This document shows positions 9,553 through 18,348 of a DNA stretch of 64,000 nucleotides, one piece after another. Both the position numbers and the translations under genes were made by a program. How positions within the stretch are numbered: the first letter of the stretch is position 1; every line of letters starts with the position of its first letter. The DNA comes from a virus: IMG/VR virus record IMGVR_UViG_3300025646_005470; one strand, 5' to 3'. The notes beneath the pieces were generated by a model. The model was given only the letters and a program-made list of their open reading frames with translations. It was not told the origin of the DNA and did no database searches.

Positions 9553-10623
9553 TTATTTTTTACGACCGCTTTTCATGTTAGCACACCAATGATACATTTT
9601 GGCACGTTCACCACTGGCTTTTTTTGCTTTTGCTCTTAGACTTGTAACTGAACCTTTGCAAGATGCACCTGAGCGTTTTACACGACCTGGTCTGCTTTTG
9701 CCTTTGACTTTGCCATCAGCAAAGTTTTCACCTAATTTCTGTTGTACTCCAACTTTTTTTGTATAATTGGAAAGTTCTTGTGATGAATCCCATACACGAA
9801 CTTTTATGCCTTTAGATTCTAACTCTTTGAGTTTTTCTGTATTTTCTGTGGAATCTTTCAACACATGAGCCTGCATGATTTTAATGTCATTCACAATAAT
9901 CTCATCCCAATCTCCATCTGGATCAGAGTCTATCAGAGCGGATTGTAATGCTTGTCCTACAGGTTTAGCATATTTGATCATTATCGCATATACACCATCT
10001 ATATAATCTTTGATTGCAACAGACAATTTTTTGCTGTCGCCGTCAGTGTTTAATTTTTTTCCAAGTTCTTCCCATTTATCGGTAGTAAGTTTATAATCAT
10101 CATATTTGTCAGTATAATCCATATCAGGAGCATGTTTATCCAGTAACCTTTGAATCAGTTTACCCATGTCGTTGTACATTGGCTGTAGATCGTTCTGATT
10201 TTTTCCTGAATACTCTATCAGGGCGTACAGTGTAATCCATCGCCTTCCGCTGTCGTCTACAGAACTTTGAACATCTCGATTAAAGGCACCAAGCACATTA
10301 GCATCCAATTCAAAGACCATGCCACCACCTCCACCACCAAAAATGCCTGGACTAAAAAAATAAGGATTCATATTTAGAAAAGCACTGATACTTTTTTTCT
10401 GTCCTTGTAGGCTCAGCATATTAGATATGTTTTCTACTTTAGTAACGTGAAATACCCTTGCTCTTTGTTTAGGCATAATTTTATTCACTATGCTGTTTGA
10501 CAGAGGAAGCCACAATCCGTAAGTTAAATCTCCTTCATATTCTAATCGTTCTGGTTTAAATACCATTTGAGATAGACTTGACTGCCATTTTATTTTTTCT
10601 GTGACGAACTCGTAGAATCTCAT
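9553..10623 (-). CDS. probable head-packaged protein with candidate ADP-ribosyltransferase domain and basic C-terminal module
   Basis: MRFYEFVTE; RVFHVT...KSISAF...GMVFELDA...WDEIIVN in ART strand order; C-terminal ENFADGK...YHWCANMKSGRKK. Confidence 0.5.
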   Translation of the reverse strand: MRFYEFVTEKIKWQSSLSQMVFKPERLEYEGDLTYGLWLPLSNSIVNKIMPKQRARVFHVTKVENISNMLSLQGQKKSISAFLNMNPYFFSPGIFGGGGGGMVFELDANVLGAFNRDVQSSVDDSGRRWITLYALIEYSGKNQNDLQPMYNDMGKLIQRLLDKHAPDMDYTDKYDDYKLTTDKWEELGKKLNTDGDSKKLSVAIKDYIDGVYAIMIKYAKPVGQALQSALIDSDPDGDWDEIIVNDIKIMQAHVLKDSTENTEKLKELESKGIKVRVWDSSQELSNYTKKVGVQQKLGENFADGKVKGKSRPGRVKRSGASCKGSVTSLRAKAKKASGERAKMYHWCANMKSGRKK

Positions 10624-10967
10624 TTTTTCTTACCGTTAGCAAAATTTTCTTTGTGTATTTCAGGATGTTGTGCTGTGCCACCAATGTCTTTGGTTGTTAG
10701 TCCTAGTTTTTTTGCCAATATCAAAAACATTTGTTTTTCTTTTTCACTTTGAAAAGTTATAACCATATCACTTTCTGATTGTCCAAACTCGTTTGGATCT
10801 GCTTGACCAAGTGTAGGAAAATGTTGTCCTATCTTAAACCAATCTAGTTCTCCTGGAGTATCAATTACCACTGTGTTCTTTGGCATTGACAATTGTGTAT
10901 GATGCCCTACTCCATTTATGGCTTCGTTGATTTCTTTATACTGCTCTAGTAGTTCAAATAGTTTCAT
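10620..10967 (-). CDS. probable head protein
   Basis: MKLFELLE; ends KENFANGKKK; 4 nt overlap with the next gene. Confidence 0.6.
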   Translation of the reverse strand: MKLFELLEQYKEINEAINGVGHHTQLSMPKNTVVIDTPGELDWFKIGQHFPTLGQADPNEFGQSESDMVITFQSEKEKQMFLILAKKLGLTTKDIGGTAQHPEIHKENFANGKKK

Positions 10968-11149
10968 TACATCTTAACACAGTTGTCTACTGTTTTTCCG
11001 CCTTTTTGTTTGGTGCCCATACGCTTGTAGCCTTTCCAACATACTTTACCATCTACACCTTTTTGTTTTTCTTCTGGTAGTGTTGTATAACTTGGCTTAC
11101 CGCATTCTAAACAAACATTAGTTTTAGTTTGTATTTCGTATATTCTCAT
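10967..11149 (-). CDS. small probable head protein (CWKGY module)
   Basis: MRIYEI; CxxC then GKVCWKGYKRMGTKQKGGKTVDNCVK. Confidence 0.6.
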   Translation of the reverse strand: MRIYEIQTKTNVCLECGKPSYTTLPEEKQKGVDGKVCWKGYKRMGTKQKGGKTVDNCVKM

Positions 11150-11394
11150 TTGCTTATCCTTTCACTGATTGTGTTCCAATCAAATTGTGTTAGCATAGGT
11201 TTAGTATTTTGTTTTTTAAAACTGTCTACTAGTTTTGTATTATCTTGTACCACAGGTTGCGTTACAGGTGCTTTCATAGACAGTTTCATTTTTTCATGAT
11301 GTCTACGTGCAAACTCTTGGCGGGGATTTGGCATTGACATAAACTGTGGATTCTCTCCAATACCTGCCAGTTGTTTTAATCTTTGTACGTTCAT
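11146..11394 (-). CDS. hypothetical protein (RLKQLAGI module)
   Basis: MNVQRLKQLAGI; coupled to neighbours. Confidence 0.6.
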   Translation of the reverse strand: MNVQRLKQLAGIGENPQFMSMPNPRQEFARRHHEKMKLSMKAPVTQPVVQDNTKLVDSFKKQNTKPMLTQFDWNTISERISK

Positions 11395-14300
11395 TTATTT
11401 TAATCCAAATGCCATTTTACCAATAATCTTATTATTAGCATAATTTTTTGTAGCATCTAAAAATAGTGTTCCTGTAAACTTTGGTGGATACACAGTGCGA
11501 TAACCTGTAATGTTCATGTTACCTTGTTTGTCTTTTGCACCTTGTGTATACACTTGAATAATTGATGCATTGTTTAACAATCTCATTGCCTGTTGACTAA
11601 AATCTGGATTGCTGTTTACTTTAGCCGCTACCACGTAGGCTATTTTTGTAATCAGCGAAACAAACAAATCAACTTTTTCTAATTCTCTAGCAATGGGTTT
11701 TGTGTTATTCCAAAACTTTTGAGTTTTAGGTGATAGTGTTTGTAGAGATTTTATTGAATGTTTGCCTCTACCACCTAGTTTTTTTATGTCATCAACAATT
11801 TCTTGATCAATTAAATTATACTCTTGTGCTAGTAACAATGGACCTGCATATTGATTGTTGTTGTGAATTTTTTCTAGTACATCTCTTGCATAAGGAACAT
11901 TTGATAATAGTTCTTTGTCTTGTGCTTTTGGACTAGATGCTAGTCTTTCAATTGCGTCATATAAATTTCTTGCTGATGCTTTTGCACCTTCGCCACCTTT
12001 GGAACTTAGACCTACTCTGGTACCATCTGGTGCTACCATGTAAGAGTCAATCAAACGATTGGTTTTATCCATTGGATAAAAAAATCTACACACTTTCCAT
12101 TCTTGATTGTTGATCAGTGCTTTGGCTTTGTCAGCCTCACCTTTGATATGTCCTGCTTGTAGTGAAATTGGTTGTAGTATTTCTGCAAAATAATCTCTAA
12201 TAGCGGTTTCGTTTTCTCCTTGTCCAGGAAATGATACTTTGTCACTTTGTGTTGCTTGTGATATACCATCTAGTAATGTTTGTTTAAGTGCATCATCACC
12301 TTGAAAATTTTGTTCTACTACTTTTGATATCTGCTGTGCGTTTTGAAAAATTTGATTTGTTCTAATAAGGTCCTGTGGTGATATTGGTGTTGCAGTGGTT
12401 TTGGTTGACGCTTTAACTGAACTCAACATCCATCCTTGTGGAATTTGATTGTTTTTCCATGATGCCTTTAGTGAACCAACTTTTGATTCTTTGTGATATA
12501 ATCCCCAAGCATATTTTTGTCCTTGCTCGTCTTGTAGCAGTGCTACTGAAAATGCTAACAATGAATTTGATGGCTTATTAAAAAACTCAATCTGTGTAGC
12601 AGTCTGTTGCTGTACGTTTTTAATTGTTTCATCTCTTTGTTCTGGTGTTTCAAAACTACCTTGATCTGGATATGCTGTTATTGATTGTAGTGTTGCTGTT
12701 CTACCATCTTTGTGTGTGAAAAAATCTTTACCAGGTTTACGATTAAACATACCACTTGCTTCTTGTATTATACCGTGTTTAATCAACAGTTTCTCTAACT
12801 GTTCTTTGACAGGCAACATGTAGTGATTTTTTCTACCTTTGGTTAAGTATGAAAGTGTACGCCATGTTTTAAACCAATCTTCTGTGCCAGGCTTGGACAT
12901 GAGTTTCATTTTTTGAAATAATGCTGTGCCAGGATGTGTCAACAAACTCATATCACCACCATCGTTTTGATATGGTACTTCAGAGGGTACTTCACGTGTT
13001 GCTTTGAGCATTTTGTTGATACCTTTTTTAACTTCTAACAAATCCATCTGCTGTTGTAGTGTTAGATCTTTGTTTGCACCATTGATTTTGATCAATGCTT
13101 CTTTCATACGTTTTACACGTCTTAGATTTTTTGGTGCTAGTATTGGAGGTACACCATCTTTGGTTACTTTAAATCCAAATTTTGCTGACTGCTTTTTAAT
13201 AGCATCAACTCCTACATCTGGTGTAGTGTTTATGCCTTTGACTACCCTACCGCCCCATTCTGTTAGATTATTTTTTTCTTTGAAATCTTTTATGCCATCT
13301 GCTACTTTTGATAATGGGTCTTCATCTGCTTGATATTTAATACCATAGCCGCCACGTGATAACCAACCTTGAATATTTTTACCTCTATCATCAATTAGTA
13401 TGTTTTGTGTACCATCTGGTTGCACAGCATAAGAATCTTTTCTACCTACTACAATGATTTCTTCTGGTTGAATAGCAAGTTCTCTTTTGATCCATTTAAT
13501 TTTTTGTTCTTTTGAATTTTCATGATCACCTCTCAATGGAGATGACAATATTTTGTAACTGCCAAATTCTTTTACCACCATCTGTATTAATTTGTCTGTG
13601 GTTGGAAATTTTGGTAGTCTATTAAAAAAGTCTGTGCCAATCATTTTGTCCAGTGTTGGATCTGTTTTTGCTGGAGGAATATCTCTGTAGTTGCCTGTTT
13701 CAACACCTGCTAGTTTGGCATACTCTGCAAAAAAGTTTGCAAGGACACCATCCATGTCAACATACGCAATTGGCTTGCCTTCTGAAGTATTGTAAAATGG
13801 ATAAGTTGCTGGTTCTTCATCTATGTCAAATGATTTACCTTTGTGTTTTGCATAACCTCTTTTGTCCAGTGCTTTTTTATCTTTGTGTGATCCTGCCGCG
13901 CCACTTTGTCTAATGGCTTCCATGTCTCTCCAATTTGGATCACGTGATTTAATCACTGGCTTTTTTGGTTGTTTTGGTTTGTTTGATGCTTCTGTAACTC
14001 CCATGCCTTGTCTTACTTTGTGGTACAGTTGTTGTTTTAGTTTGTCACCACCATCAATGGTTTTTGCAAATGAATCATAATCTCCTGCTCTTGCAAATGC
14101 TCTTGCCTTGGAAGCAGAAACACCTGCAACATCTGTAGCATCTGCATCTCTTTCACCTGAACTTATAATATTAAATTTTTGAATACCAAAGTCTTTGATA
14201 TATGGTCTCATTTGTGTTTCAAATTCTGTTTGTCTATCACTGCCAACAACCATTGTGACTTCATCATACTGTTTGCCAAGTTCTTCAAGTGCTTCCCACG

Positions 14301-14556
14301 GTGTACGAATTTTTGGATCATCCATGATATTCATGTGTGGAAACATTGCTCTTAAAAATGTAATCTTATCTTTGTACTCTAGTGGATTCTTTTTTGGGTC
14401 ATTAGTTTTACCTGTAAACACATAGTGGTCAGCACCACTGGCCGCATTTTTAACTACGTCCATAAGTCGTGCATGGCCTTTGGTTGGCGGATTAAATCTG
14501 CCAAATGTAAACACTGCCTTTTTTGCGTTTGGTTCTAATAACTCATTTATATTCAT
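11395..14556 (-). CDS. multidomain protein: cytidylyltransferase-like nucleotidyltransferase + HAD 5'(3')-deoxyribonucleotidase + unknown domains
   Basis: FGRFNPPTKGH (HxGH), VVGSDR, SASKAR; YVDMDGVLANF, ILSSP, LIDDRGKNI; MNINELLE N-terminus. Confidence 0.8.
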   Translation of the reverse strand: MNINELLEPNAKKAVFTFGRFNPPTKGHARLMDVVKNAASGADHYVFTGKTNDPKKNPLEYKDKITFLRAMFPHMNIMDDPKIRTPWEALEELGKQYDEVTMVVGSDRQTEFETQMRPYIKDFGIQKFNIISSGERDADATDVAGVSASKARAFARAGDYDSFAKTIDGGDKLKQQLYHKVRQGMGVTEASNKPKQPKKPVIKSRDPNWRDMEAIRQSGAAGSHKDKKALDKRGYAKHKGKSFDIDEEPATYPFYNTSEGKPIAYVDMDGVLANFFAEYAKLAGVETGNYRDIPPAKTDPTLDKMIGTDFFNRLPKFPTTDKLIQMVVKEFGSYKILSSPLRGDHENSKEQKIKWIKRELAIQPEEIIVVGRKDSYAVQPDGTQNILIDDRGKNIQGWLSRGGYGIKYQADEDPLSKVADGIKDFKEKNNLTEWGGRVVKGINTTPDVGVDAIKKQSAKFGFKVTKDGVPPILAPKNLRRVKRMKEALIKINGANKDLTLQQQMDLLEVKKGINKMLKATREVPSEVPYQNDGGDMSLLTHPGTALFQKMKLMSKPGTEDWFKTWRTLSYLTKGRKNHYMLPVKEQLEKLLIKHGIIQEASGMFNRKPGKDFFTHKDGRTATLQSITAYPDQGSFETPEQRDETIKNVQQQTATQIEFFNKPSNSLLAFSVALLQDEQGQKYAWGLYHKESKVGSLKASWKNNQIPQGWMLSSVKASTKTTATPISPQDLIRTNQIFQNAQQISKVVEQNFQGDDALKQTLLDGISQATQSDKVSFPGQGENETAIRDYFAEILQPISLQAGHIKGEADKAKALINNQEWKVCRFFYPMDKTNRLIDSYMVAPDGTRVGLSSKGGEGAKASARNLYDAIERLASSPKAQDKELLSNVPYARDVLEKIHNNNQYAGPLLLAQEYNLIDQEIVDDIKKLGGRGKHSIKSLQTLSPKTQKFWNNTKPIARELEKVDLFVSLITKIAYVVAAKVNSNPDFSQQAMRLLNNASIIQVYTQGAKDKQGNMNITGYRTVYPPKFTGTLFLDATKNYANNKIIGKMAFGLK

Positions 14557-14714
14557 TACTTTGCTTTACCTTGTCCAACATATGGTTTGTGTGAGCGTCT
14601 TTTGTTTTTGTTCATAGATGACATTTTTAATCTTCCACGTCCAATAGTAGTTCTTTTTTTAACGTGTTCAATTGTAGATGATCCGCCACCTATTCCGCCT
14701 TTTGCCTTTGCCAT
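14556..14714 (-). CDS. small basic protein (52 aa, not in ORF track)
   Basis: Hand translation MAKAKGGIGGG...KKRTTIGRG...MNKNKRRSHKPYVGQGKAK; GGAG SD; stop overlaps next ATG. Confidence 0.7.
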   Translation of the reverse strand: MAKAKGGIGGGSSTIEHVKKRTTIGRGRLKMSSMNKNKRRSHKPYVGQGKAK

Positions 14715-14715
14715 T

Positions 14716-15087
14716 TTATGCTCCTATTTTTAAATTTAACTCGCTGTATTCACCATCATCCATTTTTTGCAGTTCATTGTCAGCAATTGATTTAGCCGCT
14801 AAATTTCTAATTACTCCTGGAAATTTTATTCTTGCCATTGGGCCTGCTTCTTGTTTGGCCACAACGTCAATTAGATAACGCCATAATTTTATTGCTAGAT
14901 TGTGATCATATATGCCTTTAGCACGTTTACGCATAAGATTTTTGATGATTGGTACATATCGACGTCTATAAAGTTCAGCATCATTAGTTGCTAATAACTC
15001 TAATTCATCAGCAAGATCCTGCATTTTATCTGCATCAATAGAACCGTCTTCTACTTCAAGTAAATAATCTTTAAATTGTTTAGTCAT
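14716..15087 (-). CDS. hypothetical phage protein
   Basis: MTKQFKDYLLE; ELELLATNDAELY...LAIKLWRY; TTGACA-17-TATACA and CATAAATA upstream. Confidence 0.65.
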   Translation of the reverse strand: MTKQFKDYLLEVEDGSIDADKMQDLADELELLATNDAELYRRRYVPIIKNLMRKRAKGIYDHNLAIKLWRYLIDVVAKQEAGPMARIKFPGVIRNLAAKSIADNELQKMDDGEYSELNLKIGA

Positions 15088-15154
15088 AACTAATTCCTAA
15101 ATATAGTGTATATACATCTATATTTATGCTGTCAAGAACTATTTGCTTTTAATA

Positions 15155-15748
15155 CTATTTCCAGGGCTTTTTGTCTAATTCAACAGTAATACCTTGTGCT
15201 TTTAAGCCTTTTATTACATTTTGAACGCCAATTACCTGTCTGTACGCATCATGCAGTGCATGGTGTTTGTCTGCTTGTGGCATTTCTGCTGGTATTCCAA
15301 AACCAAACAGTGTACGAGTATCCCTAATATCATAGTAACTCCACGGTACACCAATTTCCATTTTACGCATGATGTTGTCAATGATCATTAGATCAAAACA
15401 AGATCCATGACTCCAAGGACGTTTTACACCAAAACAAAATTTACGCAGTTCTTTCATAGCATCTTGTATTGTGATTCTGTCACCATCATCGCCAAATGCT
15501 TCGTCCTGTGCTTCTTTAGATTGTGTAGCCCACCAGTTGATTGTTTCTTCGTTTACTTTACAACCAAGTGCTGTGCATGAGTCTAGATCAATTCTTCTGT
15601 ATAAAACTTGATTAGGTGATAGGTCTTCAACACGAAATTTACTGTAATCCGCATGCGGATCAAATCTAATTGCGGCCATAGTAACAATTGCCGCATCATT
15701 AGATGTAGCCAATGTTTCCAAGTCAATCATGAGATCTGTGTTTGCCAT
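15155..15748 (-). CDS. DEDDh 3'-5' exonuclease (exonuclease VIII/Rv2179c-like)
   Basis: MIDLETL, HGSCFD, RDTRT, HHALHDA; start ATG 15748, 6 nt after TTGACA-16-TATACT (15755-15782). Confidence 0.88.
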   Translation of the reverse strand: MANTDLMIDLETLATSNDAAIVTMAAIRFDPHADYSKFRVEDLSPNQVLYRRIDLDSCTALGCKVNEETINWWATQSKEAQDEAFGDDGDRITIQDAMKELRKFCFGVKRPWSHGSCFDLMIIDNIMRKMEIGVPWSYYDIRDTRTLFGFGIPAEMPQADKHHALHDAYRQVIGVQNVIKGLKAQGITVELDKKPWK

Positions 15749-15785
15749 ACTCGTAGTATAGCACATTTTTCCAATTTGTCAAATG

Positions 15786-16394
15786 CTATTTTACAAATGC
15801 ACCAATTCTACCATGAACTTCAGGATAATCAATATATGTATAACCCTGTGGTGGAGTAGTGTTTTGGCCTTCCCATACAGGAATAAAGTCTTCAATGCCA
15901 TTTGCAAAATCTGGATTTTCTCTAAAATGTACTTCTATGAGTTTGCCGCCAATGTATTCACAGTTTACTTTTGGTTTATTTTTGAATTGTTCAAGTATGC
16001 TAGGAAACTCAATTTGATCTTGTGTTTTAGTCCATCTGTCCCAACGTGTAAATGTGTCGCTGGATTTAAATCCTTCAACACACAATATCTGTTTGCCATA
16101 TTCATAATCAACACTAAGATGTCTACCTTCAAACCATTCACACCAAAAATGTCCAGGTTCTAGATCAAGTGTGTATTTTTCAATATAGACTCGTTTGGCT
16201 CCAAGACCAAGCCCAAACATATTAACACAAGGTCTTACAATATACCAATTGGGTTTTGGCACATCTAGTCCTGCTGGTCCGCAGATATATTTTAATTTTC
16301 TTGAAAGAATAAGTTTGTCCATGACCCAAAGTTCATCTGGGTCTGCTGAACGCCAATAAATGTCTTCTAGTGAATCGTCATAAACTGATGACAT
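15786..16394 (-). CDS. ATP-grasp-like protein
   Basis: YIVRPCVNMFGLGLG, FWCEWFEGRHLSVDY, VNCEYIGGKLIEVH; start set at ATG 16394 next to the upstream stop. Confidence 0.55.
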   Translation of the reverse strand: MSSVYDDSLEDIYWRSADPDELWVMDKLILSRKLKYICGPAGLDVPKPNWYIVRPCVNMFGLGLGAKRVYIEKYTLDLEPGHFWCEWFEGRHLSVDYEYGKQILCVEGFKSSDTFTRWDRWTKTQDQIEFPSILEQFKNKPKVNCEYIGGKLIEVHFRENPDFANGIEDFIPVWEGQNTTPPQGYTYIDYPEVHGRIGAFVK

Positions 16395-16395
16395 T

Positions 16396-17166
16396 TTACC
16401 ATGCCCTACAACTCCAATAACGAGCTTTGGTTCTAGGACCTGGATTGTCACAGTTGTGTCTTGCACGGAATGATTTTCTACGTGCTGGATTTGATTTTTT
16501 GATACGCATGGTTTTTGAGTCTTTGTTTTTACCGCCACCTTGGTGACCAAAACGTACCATTTTTACGTTTCCTGTTTTAGGATCTTTTACATAAACTTTA
16601 AACTTGCCTGGCTCATCTGTGCCAGTTCTTTGTGGTTTGCCTAGTTTAACTGTTTTGCCTTTGTACTTGGCTTCGTCCATTTCTTCTTGTGGTTGTTCAT
16701 TTTTTTCAAAGCCTGCTTGTACCATTTCATATTCTAAATAATCTTTTACTACTTTTAGGTAATCTGATGCTTTGGTTAGTTTTGATGCTACCCAACCTTC
16801 AATGCCTTCACGTTCTGAAACTTTTTGCAACATATCATGAATTGCTTTGGCATTTTTCATTGAATGATACATTTGTGATCTGCCCATGCTTACTTCATGA
16901 TCTAATTCTTCATGTTCTGATTCATGCTCTGGTTCTTCTGGACCTTGACACATTGCACATCCGCAATGGTCTTCATGGATTGGTAATTTTGAAATAAAAT
17001 CTATGGCTTTGTCATCTGCTTTTAAAATGATTGCATCATCAATTATTTGTTCAATCACAGTTGAAATTACTGCTCTGTCTTTGCCAAACTCAAGATCAAA
17101 TGCATCACCAACCTGAGGTTTTTGTTCATTTTTTACAATATTAATGTATTTTCTTATATCCTGCAT
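16396..17166 (-). CDS. modular probable head protein
   Basis: HEVSM...EGWVASKLTKASDYL module, then E|AKYKGKTVKLGKP...KSFRARHNC...ARYWSCRAW module; AATAAATA 6 nt upstream. Confidence 0.65.
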   Translation of the reverse strand: MQDIRKYINIVKNEQKPQVGDAFDLEFGKDRAVISTVIEQIIDDAIILKADDKAIDFISKLPIHEDHCGCAMCQGPEEPEHESEHEELDHEVSMGRSQMYHSMKNAKAIHDMLQKVSEREGIEGWVASKLTKASDYLKVVKDYLEYEMVQAGFEKNEQPQEEMDEAKYKGKTVKLGKPQRTGTDEPGKFKVYVKDPKTGNVKMVRFGHQGGGKNKDSKTMRIKKSNPARRKSFRARHNCDNPGPRTKARYWSCRAW

Positions 17167-17170
17167 AGTG

Positions 17171-17542
17171 TTATTTATTCCTTACTGCTTGTTTATACGC
17201 ATCTAAGCCTAATTCCATAGCATCACGCTCTGCACTTGTAAAGTTACCAACTACAGGAGTAGTTGATTCTATATCAAAATCTATATTCATCACATAATCA
17301 AGTGCATCAAATAAGTCTTCTGTTTCATCTGGTGTTAGATCTCTGGTTGTGGGCATGTCATATGCATGGCGCCCATCTTTGATATGATAAAATACATCTG
17401 TATCTGATTTACCAGGTTGTTGGATTGTTCTTAAGATATTTTCAGGAACAATCAATTCAACTGTTCTATAGATAATTTCTAACACTTCGTTAGAAAGTTC
17501 TTCGTCTACATAAAGTCTTATATGATGCTGATATGATCTCAT
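17171..17542 (-). CDS. hypothetical protein
   Basis: 123 aa, acidic, abuts neighbours. Confidence 0.6.
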   Translation of the reverse strand: MRSYQHHIRLYVDEELSNEVLEIIYRTVELIVPENILRTIQQPGKSDTDVFYHIKDGRHAYDMPTTRDLTPDETEDLFDALDYVMNIDFDIESTTPVVGNFTSAERDAMELGLDAYKQAVRNK

Positions 17543-17812
17543 TTATTTAATTTCTGCTTCTGATTTTGCACCTGTTGTTTCAATTTTGATTTTTTTACCT
17601 GGTCCTGAGTTTACATACAAACCAAACCAAGCCGCACCAGCACCAACTATCACTGACACAAAACCTGCTTGTGCATTATTAGGGTCTGGTAACTGCATAA
17701 ACCATGACACTGTTTGATAAAATGCCAATCCATAGAGTGTGATCAACAGTCTTGGTACCACTCTCCAATTGTCCAGCATTTCTGGTATTTCGTGTTTAAT
17801 TATTTTCCACAT
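17543..17812 (-). CDS. small membrane protein (holin-like)
   Basis: Two hydrophobic helices, basic C-tail, TATAAATA late promoter and AGGAG upstream. Confidence 0.55.
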   Translation of the reverse strand: MWKIIKHEIPEMLDNWRVVPRLLITLYGLAFYQTVSWFMQLPDPNNAQAGFVSVIVGAGAAWFGLYVNSGPGKKIKIETTGAKSEAEIK

Positions 17813-17855
17813 AACAATTTCTCCTGCTCTGTTTAATAATACTAGTATTTATATG

Positions 17856-17884
17856 AAAAAGGTGCCCTAGGAACTAGAGCACCT
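17856..17884 (-). terminator. intrinsic terminator
   Basis: AGGTGCTCTAG-TTC-CTAGGGCACCT followed by a T-run. Confidence 0.85.
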
Positions 17885-17891
17885 ATGTAAG

Positions 17892-18116
17892 TTATTTTTT
17901 AGTGAAAACCCAGTACAGTACCCATAGTGCTACTAAGCCTACAAGACCCTGACTGCCAATTTGGTTTACGATTGCAATAATGTTTGCCACAACGTCTAGG
18001 TCATAAAAACCAATCAGTTTGTCGCCAAACAATACTTGTAATACAACGCCAAATGAAATCAACGTAATTCCTACTTCAGTTAATTTCTTAACAGCGTCAA
18101 TTATTTTATCCCACAT
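17892..18116 (-). CDS. small membrane protein, paralog of 4850-5074
   Basis: MWDKII...GVVLQVLFG...DVVAN...GLVGLVALWVLYW; AAGGAG SD. Confidence 0.75.
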   Translation of the reverse strand: MWDKIIDAVKKLTEVGITLISFGVVLQVLFGDKLIGFYDLDVVANIIAIVNQIGSQGLVGLVALWVLYWVFTKK

Positions 18117-18348
18117 AAGTAATCTCCTTACTATTGTTGTTGATTGTGTTATCAACTTGCTTTATTTAATGTGAGTAGTTTTCACCATAAAAACATCATT
18201 TAATGATACAGTGTTTGTGATAAATGCACACAGATCACCTGCTGTAGGGCCCTTAAAACAGGATTAACAAGCCAATATAAGGGTATTTTAGCATTTTATG
18301 AAAATTGTTTTAGAATGTTTAATTGTGGATAAATTGGCCAAAGTTGAC

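Noticed and set aside
18324-18332. Perfect DnaA box TTATCCACA in a ~190 bp intergenic gap
   Set aside because: A single box with only weak neighbours is expected by chance in AT-rich DNA.
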